DNA of 64,000 nucleotides, taken from the NCBI GenBank assembly GCA_963849325.1, contig CAWKHF010000005.1, positions 1,024,001 through 1,088,000 of the forward strand, read 5' to 3'. This stretch comes from an uncultured Planctomycetota bacterium (lineage in GTDB: Bacteria; Planctomycetota; Planctomycetia; Gemmatales; Gemmataceae). Shown one piece after another: positions 21,866 to 33,133 of the stretch (position 1 is the first letter of the stretch; every line of letters begins with the position of its first letter). The position numbers and the translations under genes are program-made. The notes beneath the pieces are model-generated. The model worked only from the letters and a program-made list of their open reading frames with translations. It was not told the DNA's origin and did no database searches.

Positions 21866-22868
21866 TCAACGGCAGCGACGGCACTTCTTGCACTTGCTGG
21901 TGCAGCAAGTCGTGCAGCAGGTCGTGCAGCAGGTCGTGCAGCAGGTCGTGCAGGTATTGCAGCAGCTGCTGCCACAGGGGCTACCGCAGGCATTGCCACA
22001 AGCATTGCCACAAGCATTGCCACAGGGGCTGCCGCAGGCATTGCCACAGGGATTGCAGGGATCGACCGGCTGGACGACGGTGCGCTGCACCATGCGGCAG
22101 CAGGTGACGGGCTGCTGGCAGGGCACGCAGCGAGCGACCATGCGCGTGCATTGGTAGGGCACGCACTTGGCGACCATGACCGTGCAGGTCTGCGTCACCT
22201 GGCAGGGCACGCAGCGATAGCAGCAGACCTGGCAGGTCACCTGCTTGGGCACCATCTTGCACACGGTCACTTGCGTGGTGCAGGGCACGCACTCGCAGCA
22301 GCGGACCATGCGGGTGCAGGGCGTCTCGACCCACACCTTGTTCGGCGCACCAGACGCGCGCCATCTTCATTGGCGGGCATTCGCAGCAGCAGCAATTGTT
22401 ATGCTTGCTGCGCATCTTGGCCAGGCAGCCCTGGCGAGCGGGGACGCAGCGGCACTCCCAGTGCCCCATGTCCACGCACTTGCGCGTCACGGTGGTGACG
22501 GGCTTGCAGACGGTGACCATCTTCATGACGGTACGAGTTTCGACGCAGGGCGTGGGCACGCACACGGTACGGACCACGTTCTGATACTGCGGCACCATGC
22601 GATTGATGGTGCAGACCCGCGTTTGGATCTGCGGCACGCACACCGTCCGATAGGCGGTGTAGGTCTCCGGCACGCATTGCATGCGGTAGACCGTGCGCGT
22701 GGTGGTGAATTGCTCCGGCACCCATTGGGTGACGCCGACGTTCGGCGTCGCCGCGGCGCCGGCGGGGTTGGCTACGGGGGCGAGAGGGGCCTCGGCTCGG
22801 GCGGTGACGGCCGCCGCGGCCAGGACGACGTTCGCCAGCAGAGCGAGACGGGCGCGCTGCCAAATCAT
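21866..22868 (-). CDS. Secreted Cys/Val/Thr-rich repeat protein (YTV-like planctomycete envelope protein); frameshift near 22350
   Basis: Signal peptide, repeated xTVCxxVP units, CVDMGHWE, tail with CGNA and CCTT repeats. Confidence 0.75.
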
Positions 22869-23236
22869 GCCTTCTTCTCCGTGGGATGCGGTACAGTCGA
22901 TCCGGCCCTCAGCCAGGCACAATCCGGGGGGCCCAATCGAGCCTTCGTGGAACTGTGGGAAATATGCCCAATAGCGGCGGTTTGGCCAAGTAAATCGGAT
23001 TGCGAATTCCGCAAAAAGAGCCGAAAGAATGTCAGCTGCGCCGACCTCAACGAGCAAGGGGAATGTGCCCGACGGAGAGAGTATCGGGGATGGCAAGGAG
23101 ATTCGGTTTCTGCGGAAGGATGGCGCTTGGCGGGACTCAGCGGCCGACCGAAAGCGCTCTTGGCCGCGCCGCAGTCGTTTGCTATCACTTCCGCCTCACG
23201 GGTTCGCGGAGAGATTGCGCCAGGATGCAGAAAACC

Positions 23237-23347
23237 ATTGAAAAATGAAAAATAAAAAATGAAAGGTAAAAAATACGAGAACAGTTGTCCTCGATACGTC
23301 GATTCTGTCAATTTTTATTTTTCACTTTTTACTTTTCATTTTTCAAT
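23237..23347. repeat. AT-rich heptamer inverted repeat
   Basis: attgaaaaatgaaaaataaaaaatgaaaggtaaaaaat ... atttttatttttcactttttacttttcatttttcaat. Confidence 0.8.
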
Positions 23348-23369
23348 GCTGTTTTAAGGAGCGGCCAGC

Positions 23370-26148
23370 ATGAAACGACTCGGACGCGCCCGGACGAATG
23401 GACTCCTCGTGTTGACGGCGGCCCTGCTTGTGCTCGGCTTCGTCGTTCTCGTCCACGGCCAGCAGATGATCCAGTACGGTTTCGAGGCCCGCGATCCGGT
23501 ATGGGTCCAAGGGCCGCACGACGCGGCCTTCAAGGAGACGGTCCATCGTCTCACCGACGAATACGTCCACGACGGCCAACGCTCCGAGACGATCCAGTTG
23601 GAGGCGGAGCGCGGCAGTTTCATCCATTACACCTACAATCTCGGCCGAGCGCCGGTCACGGAGGATTTCAGCGTCAGTCTGTGGCTCCGCGCCAACCGTC
23701 CCGGCGTGCAGCTGTTGGCCCGCGTCGTCTTCCCCAAGGACACCGATCCGAACAACCCCGGCCAGCCGTTGACCGCCCTGCTGGAGGGCGACCGTTACCA
23801 GATCGTCAACCACTGGCAGCAGTTATCGCTGCCGTCGCCGGTCAAGCTGCTGCGGCAGCAGCAACAACTGCTCGGCGGCAACCTCAAACGCGAGATCATC
23901 GCCACCGATGCCTACATCGACCAACTCGTCCTCAACGTCTACGCCGGTCCCGGAGACACGCGGGTGTGGATCGACGATTTGGAAGTCGGGCCGGTCTTCG
24001 ACGCGGCGACGCCGACCGCGGGGCCGGCCGCCGGCCGCGAGACGACGCCAGGGCGTCCGGCCGTCAATCGCCGTCCCGACGAGATCCAGCTGCAAGGCCG
24101 GCAACTGCTGGTCGGCGGCGAGCGCTTCTTTTTGACGGGCATCCGCCACACCGGCACGCCGTTGGCCGTCCTGCGCCGGGCCGGCTTCAACACCGTCTGG
24201 CTCGACGAAAGTACGCCGTCGGGCCTGATTGAGGACGCCGCCAACCTCGGCTTCTGGATCGTGCCGACCCTGCATCCGCCCGAGATCGTCGAGCAGCCCG
24301 GCGGCGGCGTTCAGGGCCAGCTCACCTCCCGCGAGGCGTTCGTCCGCAACGTCTCGCGCTTCCTCCAGGAGCAGGCGGTCCTGTCCTGGGATCTGGGCGG
24401 CAACCTGCCCTTCGAGAAGGCCAAGAGCGTGGTCAGCCTGGCCCGCGCCATCCACAACATCGATCCGATGCGGCCGCTGTCCGCCGACGTGTCCGACGGC
24501 TTCCGCAGCTACTACATCGGCGGCGATCAGCAATTGATGATCGGCACGCATCGTTGGCCGTTGTTGACTAGTCTGGAGCTGCCGGCCTATCGCAACTGGC
24601 TGATCCAGCGCCGCCGGCTCATGCCGCCGGACACCTTCTGCTGGACCTGGATTCAAACGCACCTGCCCGACTGGTTCCTGACGACGGCCTACGAACGCAC
24701 CACCGGCCGCTTCACCGAGCCGATCGGTCCTCAACCGGAGCAGATCCGCTTACTCGCTTATACCGCTGTCGGCTCCGGCTATCGCGGCCTGGGCTACTGG
24801 TCCGATCGCTTCCTGGCCGACAGCCACGCCGGTCGCGATCGTCTGCTGGCCCTGGCTCGGCTCAACCAGGAATTCCGCATGCTCGAACCGCTGCTCGTCG
24901 CCGCCAAGGAACCGCAGTGGATCGAGACGTCGCACCCCTCGGTCATGGCCGCCGTCATGCGCACGGACAAGGCCGTGCTCGTGCTGCCGATCTGGATGGG
25001 GGCCGGCTCGCAGTACGTCCCATCGCAGGGCCACGTCTCCATGCTCAAGCTGAAAGTGCCGCTGGTGCCGGAGAATTACGTCGCCTGGGAGGTTTCGCCC
25101 GGACGCCTCTGCTCATACCGGACCATGCCGGTGCTCGGCGGCCGCGAGATCATCTTGAAAGATTTCAGTCTGACGTCGGCCATCGTCTTCACCGGCGATC
25201 TCGGGCCGACCGGCCTGGTGGTCCGCTTGCAGGAACAACAGCGGCAGATGCGCAAGGACGCCGCCCAGTGGACCCACGACCAGGCCCAGGAAGAACTCGT
25301 CAAGGTGGCCAAGGTCCACGATGATTTGAAAGAGATGGGCAAGAAGCTGGACGACGGCGATGGGCTGCTCGACACGGCGCGGCAATGGCTGGACAAGAGC
25401 CGCAAGCACCGCATCAACGGCGAATACAGCGAAGCCTACACCGACGCCGAGCTGGCCCTCCGCGCCCTACGCATCCTCATGCGCGAGCACTGGGACAATG
25501 TTATGAAGAGGCTGACGACGCCGGTGGCCTGTCCCTTCGCGGTCAGCTTCTATACCCTGCCGCGCTGCTGGTCGTTCGTGGACGAGCTGATCAAGATGAA
25601 GCCGGGTGCGAACGTGCTGCCGGACGGCGATTTCGAGTCGCCGCCCGAGCGCAGTCCCGCCGGGCTGGCTGGTGCAGGAAGTGCCGTCGCTGGATGAGGT
25701 GGAGTGCCAGGCCAAGCGCGTGGCGACCGAGGCCCACGAGGGCAAGCAGTGTCTTCTGCTCAAGATCGAAGCGAAAAATAAGGTCGCGCCGCCGCAAGTG
25801 CTGGAGCGCACCTTCCTCGCCATCCACAGTCCAACCGTGCGTCTCCAGCCTGGGACGAAGGTGCGCATCAGCGTCTCGGCGCGCGTCCCCGCCGCGATCA
25901 CCGGCTCACCCGATGGCGCCCTGCTTTACGACAGCGCCGGCGGCGAACCGCTCGCCGTCCGCCTGAACTTGGCCAGCCCGTGGAAGCAGTTCATCCTCTA
26001 TCGACAGGTGCCCTCCTCCGGCACCATCAACGTCACCCTGGCGCTGACCGGCCTGGGCAGCGTCTACTTCGACGACGTTCGCATCGAGCCGATGGGTCCG
26101 AAAGAATCGTCCGACATCCTCACCACGTCGGTGTCGGCACCGCGCTAA
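23370..26148 (+). CDS. Large secreted hypothetical protein (possible TIM-barrel core with CBM-like ends); frameshift near 25660
   Basis: 775-aa ORF plus 25606..26148; N-terminal signal/TM, AGFNTVW, NVLPDGDFE...VYFDDVRIEP; AAGGAG RBS. Confidence 0.7.
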
Positions 26149-26156
26149 CAGCTAAC

Positions 26157-26229
26157 AGAGCCTGAAGCGTAAGCGAAGAGAACGACAACCGAAGGTTGCC
26201 GTTCTCTTCGCTTACGCTTCAGGCTCGGA
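26157..26229. repeat. REP-like family B palindrome
   Basis: gagcctgaagcgtaagcgaag...cttcgcttacgcttcaggctc. Confidence 0.85.
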
Positions 26230-26295
26230 CAAACCATGTGCGATTCCGCCGGCGTGCGATAGCATAAACCGTGTTCACCCCCGAGGACGGCACCG

Positions 26296-27286
26296 ATGCG
26301 ACAGCTCGTCACTTTCCCCAGCGCCGACACGGCCCAGAGCCTGGCCGATTATCTGCTGACGCTGCATATCGACACCAAGTTGGAGCGGCAGCCGGAGGGC
26401 TGGGCCGTCTGGGTCCGCGACGAGGACCAAATGGCACAGGCACGTCAGGAACTGGACGAGTTCACCCGCAATCCGCACGACGCGCGTTATCTCGCCGCCG
26501 CGACCGAGGCGGACGCTCTGCGCCGCCAACAGGCCAGCGCCGAGCAAGCCTATCATCGCCGCCAGCGGCGCTTTGACGCCAAGATGCGCGACGCCGACGC
26601 CGCCGGTCGATGGACCATCGCGCTGATTGTCGTCAGTGTACTCGTCTCGCTCTTGTCCGAAGGCGGCAGTTCCAATACTGGAATCGTGAAAGAGCTGTCG
26701 ATCGCGCCCTACCGCTATGTTGCCGTCCTGTCGCCGGCTGATTCGGAAGACGAGGAAGAGAGGTTCGTGCCGCGGCTCCAGTCGGAGGGGCTGGGACCGG
26801 TCCTGCACGGTCAGGTTTGGCGACTGGTGACGCCCATCTTTATACACTTCGGCATCTTGCACCTGTTGTTCAATATGTACATGCTCTACGATCTCGGCGG
26901 CGCCATCGAACGGCGGCGCGGCCCGATCCGCTATCTGTCTCTCGTCCTCGTCCTCGCCGTCGTCTCGAACCTGGTCCAGTATTTCCTGGGCCATCCCAGT
27001 TGGGACGGCTCCGAGCTGCGGTGGACTCTTGTGCCCAATTTCGGCGGCATGTCCGGCGTGCTCTACGGCCTGTTCGGCTACCTGTGGATGAAGGCGCAGC
27101 TTTCAACCCGAACTCGGTCTGCGCATCCATCCCAACACGGTGATTTATCTAATCGTCTGGTTCTTCCTGTGCATGACGGGCTGGGTCGGTCCCATCGCCA
27201 ACGGCGCCCACGCCGGCGGTCTGATCGCCGGCATCGTCCTCGGTTACGCGCCGATCCTGTGGAGTTCCTTCGGTCCCTCCGATTGA
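26296..27286 (+). CDS. glpG: Rhomboid intramembrane serine protease with N-terminal soluble domain; frameshift near 27100
   Basis: WRLVTPIFIHFGILHLLFN, GGMSGVLYG, ANGAHAGG. Confidence 0.88.
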
Positions 27287-28446
27287 GTCACCGTGCCGAA
27301 AGCCGGCAGGGCCATCGTCGCCAGGAGCGGCACGAGCGGCATGTAGTTGCGTGACTCGTACAGCCAGCCGAAACAGACGTTGCTCAGCAGCAACAACGGC
27401 GTTACGGTCCAGCACAGGCGCGCAGACGTGGATCGATGCACGGCCAGCGCCGCGCCAGCGCCGGCACGAAGAGACCGACGAACAGCAGCGGATGCAAATA
27501 ATTCTCCCACAGGGGGACGGTCGTCCAGGCGATCGCCGTGCCGAAACCGAGGTTCGTCCCGATCATCAAGCCGGCGGTGCCGTTGATGTTGCCGTAGCCC
27601 GGCCGCCAGCCCAACGGCAGTCGCGCCGCCAGGAACGCCGCCACGCACGCAGCGCCGAGTCCCGCCGCGATCCGCCAGGCCGGCCGGCCGCGCCGCCAAT
27701 AACAGGCGAGATACGCCGGCACCACGATGACGGCGGTCTCCTTGGCGAGCACGCCCAGCGCCAGCGCCGCGGCCAGGGCGAACGGTCGGTCCTCCAGCAG
27801 GTAGACGAAGGCGAGGACGAACAGGGTGTGACTGAGCGGATCGGTGAGCTGGCCCCAGTGATGCGCGACCGATAGCGGATAGAGGACGGCCAGCGGGACC
27901 AGCGTCAGCCGAGCGCAGGTTGGAATCCAGGAACAGTCGGGCCAGGCGATACGATGCCCATACGAACCAGAACGTGAAGAACCAGCGATAGGCGAGGCAG
28001 GCGAACGTCCACTCGTGCGTGAGCCGTTCGACGAGCCGGGCAAAGCCGTAGGGCAACGGTCGATAATTGTGCGGCGCCGTGAAGTCATGATTGAACACTC
28101 CGACGTAGAGTTCGCGCTGCCACTGCCCCGGCTCCGGCCAGCGATCGACCTCGAACCAGTGAAGCAGCGTCATCAGCCCCGCGAGACCGGCGAACAGCAC
28201 GATGTTTTCCACCGCGCGCGGTTCGTCCCGCCGATCGAGCCGAGCGCGGACCACCAGGGTCATCCCCATGAGGAGCAGCACGATGACCACGCCGAGTCGG
28301 GTGGCGGTTGCCGGCGAGTACGGTTCGAGGAAATGGACCGGCCGCGGCTCCAGGAGCAGCGGCCCGAGGGTGAGGACAGCCAGGAGGCCCAAGCCGGCGG
28401 CGGTAACAAAGGATGGACGCATGCGATGGAGGGACAACAAAGACAT
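27244..28446 (-). CDS. Polytopic membrane protein; frameshifted
   Basis: ORFs 27244..28446 and 27402..28088 interleave; APHNYRPL, LAKET, ESRNY motifs and many TM segments. Confidence 0.6.
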   Translation of the reverse strand: MSLLSLHRMRPSFVTAAGLGLLAVLTLGPLLLEPRPVHFLEPYSPATATRLGVVIVLLLMGMTLVVRARLDRRDEPRAVENIVLFAGLAGLMTLLHWFEVDRWPEPGQWQRELYVGVFNHDFTAPHNYRPLPYGFARLVERLTHEWTFACLAYRWFFTFWFVWASYRLARLFLDSNLRSADAGPAGRPLSAIGRASLGPAHRSAQSHPVRPRLRLPAGGPTVRPGRGAGAGRARQGDRRHRGAGVSRLLLAARPAGLADRGGTRRCVRGGVPGGATAVGLAAGLRQHQRHRRLDDRDEPRFRHGDRLDDRPPVGELFASAAVRRSLRAGAGAALAVHRSTSARLCWTVTPLLLLSNVCFGWLYESRNYMPLVPLLATMALPAFGTVTQSEGPKELHRIGA

Positions 28447-28456
28447 AGCTTCCTAT

Positions 28457-28509
28457 CCGAGCCTGAAGCGTAAGCGAAGGAAGCTCTTCGCTTACGCTTC
28501 AGGCTCGGA
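28457..28509. repeat. REP-like family B palindrome
   Basis: ccgagcctgaagcgtaagcgaag...cttcgcttacgcttcaggctcgg. Confidence 0.85.
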
Positions 28510-28517
28510 AAGAGGGT

Positions 28518-29459
28518 TCAGCGAGCCAACTGCGACGGCGGAACGTGGGCGTGGTCGGACAGACCCTGGTGGATTTTATTGTCGTTGACCTCCAGCGTGA
28601 AGTAGTCGGCCGCCGCCGGCGCCTCGAATTCCAGAAACGCCGACAGTCCCGTATCCGAGTAGTCCTTGATGACCTGCCCCTGCGGATCGAGGATGCGGCC
28701 GTGGTCGGCGATGCGAGCGTTCTTGTCCACGACTTCCGCGAAAATCTCCTGAAGTATCCGCATCTCGGCGGCGAGCTTGTGGTCCCACAGGTCGATCGAC
28801 GTGCCCGTATCGAGATCGTCCAACTCCTCCATCTGCTCCTCATTGACGTTCGGTCCGACGCCGATGAGGACGAACTTCAGAGGGTTGCGCCGCCGCGCCG
28901 CCACGTCCTTGGCCAGCTGAATGCTGTAGCGCTTCACCTCGTCGAGGTCGTGCAACTCGCCGTCGGTGACAAAGACGTAAAAGCCCCAGGGCGCATCGCG
29001 GAAGCGCTCGACGAAGTATTTCACCGCCGGCAAGAGTTGCGTGCCGGTGCCGAAGTTTCGCGGCGGACCGAAGACGTGTCGCTCCGCCTCGTCGGCCGTC
29101 AGGTCGCCGATCTCCTCGATCTGGCTGCCGCCGGGACCGACCGCCCAATAGATGCAGGTGGTGCCGCCGTCGGCATCGATCTTGCGCGCCAGGTAGGTGC
29201 AAATCTTCCGCGCCACCGGCGTCACTTCGTTGTGGGCCTGCTTTTTGCTGCCGAACAGAGAGGCGAGAAAACCCCCGCCGCCGTCCTCGACGCCGTAGAG
29301 TTTGCTCATGGAGCCGGAGCCGTCCAGGGCGATGCCGGTTTGCGCTCCCTCCTTGTGCGGCTCCATCAGGATGGTGGCCACCACGCGCACCTTCCCTGCC
29401 GACGCCGGGTAGACGTTCACCTCGCCGAACGGTTCCACGACTTTCTTGAGCTGCGCCAT
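28518..29459 (-). CDS. vWA-domain protein (TerF/TerY-like), paralogue 2
   Basis: MIDAS DGSGSM, GTGT, FVTDG; intact ORF. Confidence 0.82.
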   Translation of the reverse strand: MAQLKKVVEPFGEVNVYPASAGKVRVVATILMEPHKEGAQTGIALDGSGSMSKLYGVEDGGGGFLASLFGSKKQAHNEVTPVARKICTYLARKIDADGGTTCIYWAVGPGGSQIEEIGDLTADEAERHVFGPPRNFGTGTQLLPAVKYFVERFRDAPWGFYVFVTDGELHDLDEVKRYSIQLAKDVAARRRNPLKFVLIGVGPNVNEEQMEELDDLDTGTSIDLWDHKLAAEMRILQEIFAEVVDKNARIADHGRILDPQGQVIKDYSDTGLSAFLEFEAPAAADYFTLEVNDNKIHQGLSDHAHVPPSQLAR

Positions 29460-29514
29460 GAAAGGCTCCCCGTGAGGCGGCTCACGCTCGCGCTAAGCCG
29501 CAAGCGGCCGCCGA

Positions 29515-30600
29515 TTACTCGTTTTTCGGCTTCTCCAGATCGATGTCCGGCTGGTCCTCTTTTTTGGCCAACTCGAAGTGGATCGAGCGCCATTCGGCAT
29601 TGGCATCGTCCTCTTCCTTCGCCTCGGCCACCGGCTGCGCTTCGAGGACGGGCGGCTCCGGGACAGGGACCGACCCGGAGACCGGCACCCGAGCGCGATC
29701 GGACAGCGCCTGATGAACCTGCGTGCCGTTGACGTCGAGAGTGAAGTATTCGGCCCCCGCGGGCATGTCGAACTCCAGGTACGCTGGCAGCCCGGTATCG
29801 CGGTAGTCTCGCACCACGCGGCCTTGGGCATCGAGGATGCGCCCGTTATCCGCGACGCGGGCGTTCTTGTCAACGACCTCGGCGAAGATTTCCTGCACCA
29901 GACGCATCTCGGCGGCGAGCTTGTGGTCCCACAGGTCGATGGACGTATCGCTATCGAGATCGTCCAATTCCTCCATCTGCGTCTCGTTGACGCTCGGCCC
30001 GACGCCGATGAGGACGAACTTCAGCGGGTTGCGCCGCCGGGCCGCGATCTCCTTCGCCAGGCGGACGCTGTACGCCTTGACCTCGTCGAGGTCGTGCAGC
30101 TCGCCGTCGGTGATGAAAACGTAGAAGCCCCAGGGCGCGTCGCGGAAGCGCTCGACGAAATAGCGGACGGCCGGCAGCAGGCGCGTGCCGGTGCCGAAGT
30201 CGCGCGGCGGGCCGAAGACGTGTCGCTCCGCCTCGTCGGCCGTCAGGTCGCCGACTTCCTCGATTTCGCCGCCATTGGGTCCGACCGCCCAGTAAATGCA
30301 GGTGGTGCCGCCGTCGGCGTCGATCTTCCGCGCCAGGTAGGAGCACAACTGCTGGGCGATGGGAGTAATCTCGTTGTGCAGTTTCTTGGGTCCGCCGAAG
30401 ATCGGCGACAGGACGCGGCTGCCGTCCTCGACGCCGTAGAGTTTGCTCATGGAGCCGGAGCCGTCCAGGGCGATGCCGGTTTGCGCTCCCTCCTTGTGCG
30501 GCTCCATCAGGATGGTGGCCACCACGCGCACCTTCCCTGCCGACGCCGGATAGACGTTCACCTCGCCGAACGGATCGACTACGTGCTTGAGCTGTGTCAT
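29515..30600 (-). CDS. vWA-domain protein (TerF/TerY-like), paralogue 1 with acidic C-terminal tail
   Basis: Same motifs; highly similar to the neighbouring gene. Confidence 0.82.
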   Translation of the reverse strand: MTQLKHVVDPFGEVNVYPASAGKVRVVATILMEPHKEGAQTGIALDGSGSMSKLYGVEDGSRVLSPIFGGPKKLHNEITPIAQQLCSYLARKIDADGGTTCIYWAVGPNGGEIEEVGDLTADEAERHVFGPPRDFGTGTRLLPAVRYFVERFRDAPWGFYVFITDGELHDLDEVKAYSVRLAKEIAARRRNPLKFVLIGVGPSVNETQMEELDDLDSDTSIDLWDHKLAAEMRLVQEIFAEVVDKNARVADNGRILDAQGRVVRDYRDTGLPAYLEFDMPAGAEYFTLDVNGTQVHQALSDRARVPVSGSVPVPEPPVLEAQPVAEAKEEDDANAEWRSIHFELAKKEDQPDIDLEKPKNE

Positions 30601-30676
30601 GGGAACCTCGCAAGAGAAGGAGCCTCTGGGGGGTTGTTCGCCGACCGCTGGGGGATATTTTACCAAACTTCTGCGC

Positions 30677-30724
30677 GCCTGAAGCGTTAGCGAAGGACAA
30701 CCTTCGCTAACGCTTCAGGCTCGG
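30677..30724. repeat. REP-like family B palindrome
   Basis: gcctgaagcgttagcgaagg...ccttcgctaacgcttcaggc. Confidence 0.8.
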
Positions 30725-30738
30725 ACAAACACCTACCG

Positions 30739-30767
30739 TTGACCGCGCCGAATACAGTGCGTAAAGT
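30739..30767 (+). promoter_or_regulatory. Candidate sigma70 promoter for hisF
   Basis: TTGACC-N17-TAAAGT, 90 bp upstream of ATG 30857. Confidence 0.5.
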
Positions 30768-30856
30768 GAAGGGGTAGCTTCGATCATTTGAGGGCCTACC
30801 TCCTCACCTGCCGTCGCCTCCCCGCCCTGGAAGCGCCGCGGCGGTTGAGGCCCAGG

Positions 30857-31690
<834 letters not shown>

Positions 31691-31735
31691 GCACTCAGAA
31701 CTCAGAACTCCAGAACTCAGAACTTGGAGGTCTCG

Positions 31736-32896
31736 ATGGCCACTGCCGACGTGAAAGCCACTACTCCCGCCGCGGCGCCCACGACCGCCGCTACGCCGCG
31801 CCGCGAGCCGGAGGTCAACAAGCTCTTCCGCATGGTCATGAAGCACGAGGCCTCCGACCTGCACCTCAAGGTCGGCCAGCCGCCCATGATGCGACTGCGC
31901 GGCGACATCCGCCAAGGTCAATGCGCCGCCGCTGACCCAGGAAGACATGGAACGGCTGCTGCTGACCCGTCCTCAAGCCCAAGCACCGCAAGATCCTCGA
32001 CGAGGAGGGCGGCGTGGACTTCTCCTACGTCATCGGCAACGACGAGTGCCGCTTCCGCGTCAGCCTCTTCAAGCAGCGCGGCCGGCTGTCGCTGGTCGCC
32101 CGCCGCGTCAACACGTCCATCCCCAGCTTCGCCGACCTCGGCCTGCCGCCGAGCATCGAGAACCTGTGCAACTTCCCCGAAGGACTGGTCATCCTCGCCG
32201 GCGTCACCGGCTCCGGCAAAAGCACGACCATCGCCTCCATGCTCGACTACATCGACGAGCGCGAGCCGCTGCACATCCTCACCGTCGAGGACCCCATCGA
32301 GTTCACCTTCACCGACAAGAAGTCGTACATCAACCAGCGCGAGATCGGCCTGGACGTCTGCGACTGGCACAAGGCCCTCAAGGACGCGGTGCGGCAAGAC
32401 CCCGACGTGATCCTCGTCGGCGAGCTGCGCGACGTCGAGACGTTCGAGGCCGCCGTCCACGCGGCCGAGACCGGCCACTTGGTGTTCGGCACCATCCACG
32501 CCTCCAGCGCCGGCCACGACCATCAACCGTATCCTCGACCTGTTCCCGCCCGGACAAGCACGGCGCCATCCGCAAGGCGCTGGCCAACAACCTCAAGGCC
32601 GTCGTCGCCCAGAAGCTGCTCAAGGGCCTGAAGAAGGGCACGCGTGCCGACCAACGAGATCATGATCGTCAACCCGACCATCCGCAAGCTGATCGCCGAG
32701 GGCGAGGACAGCAAGCTCAGCGACGCCATCAAGATCGTTCTACCACGAAGGCATGGTCGATTTCACCGAGAACCTGCGGCAGCTCGTCGAGCGCGGCGAC
32801 ATCGACAAGGCGACCGCCCTGGAGTTCGCCCCCGACCCCGAGAAGCTCAAGATGGCCTTCAAGGGCATCAAGGTCTCCGCCCCCGGCATTCTGTAG
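31736..32896 (+). CDS. pilT: PilT/PilU family type IV pilus retraction ATPase; frameshifted
   Basis: [48 protein letters not shown]. Confidence 0.9.
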
Positions 32897-32902
32897 GAGA
32901 CC

Positions 32903-33133
32903 AACCGCCAAGACGCCGAGAGCCACTAACCAAATGGCGAACGGCCGGCGTAAGCCGGCTGGTTTGTGGCCCCCACCAGCCGGCTTACGCCGGCCGTTCG
33001 CCATTTGGTTAGTGGCTCCAAGGACGCCAAGGGAAGAGAGAGAAAAGAGAGATAGAGAAAGAAGGAATTCGGCCATGCGTGCGGGGACTCATTGCCTTCT
33101 GGCTTCTCTGGCGCCCTTGGCGTCCTGGCGGTG
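32903..33133. repeat. Family D palindromic element (GCCAAG arms) with a nested ~100-bp perfect palindrome (32920..33018)
   Basis: aaccgccaagacgcc...[gagccactaaccaaatggcg...cgccatttggttagtggctc]...ggcgcccttggcgtcctggcggt; uninterrupted relative at 54473..54614. Confidence 0.8.

Noticed and set aside
21714-22157. Plus-strand Gln-rich ORF (VVQQ/LPQA repeats)
   Set aside because: It is the antisense reading of the Cys-rich gene, which has a signal peptide and RBS; the ORF also starts across a REP.
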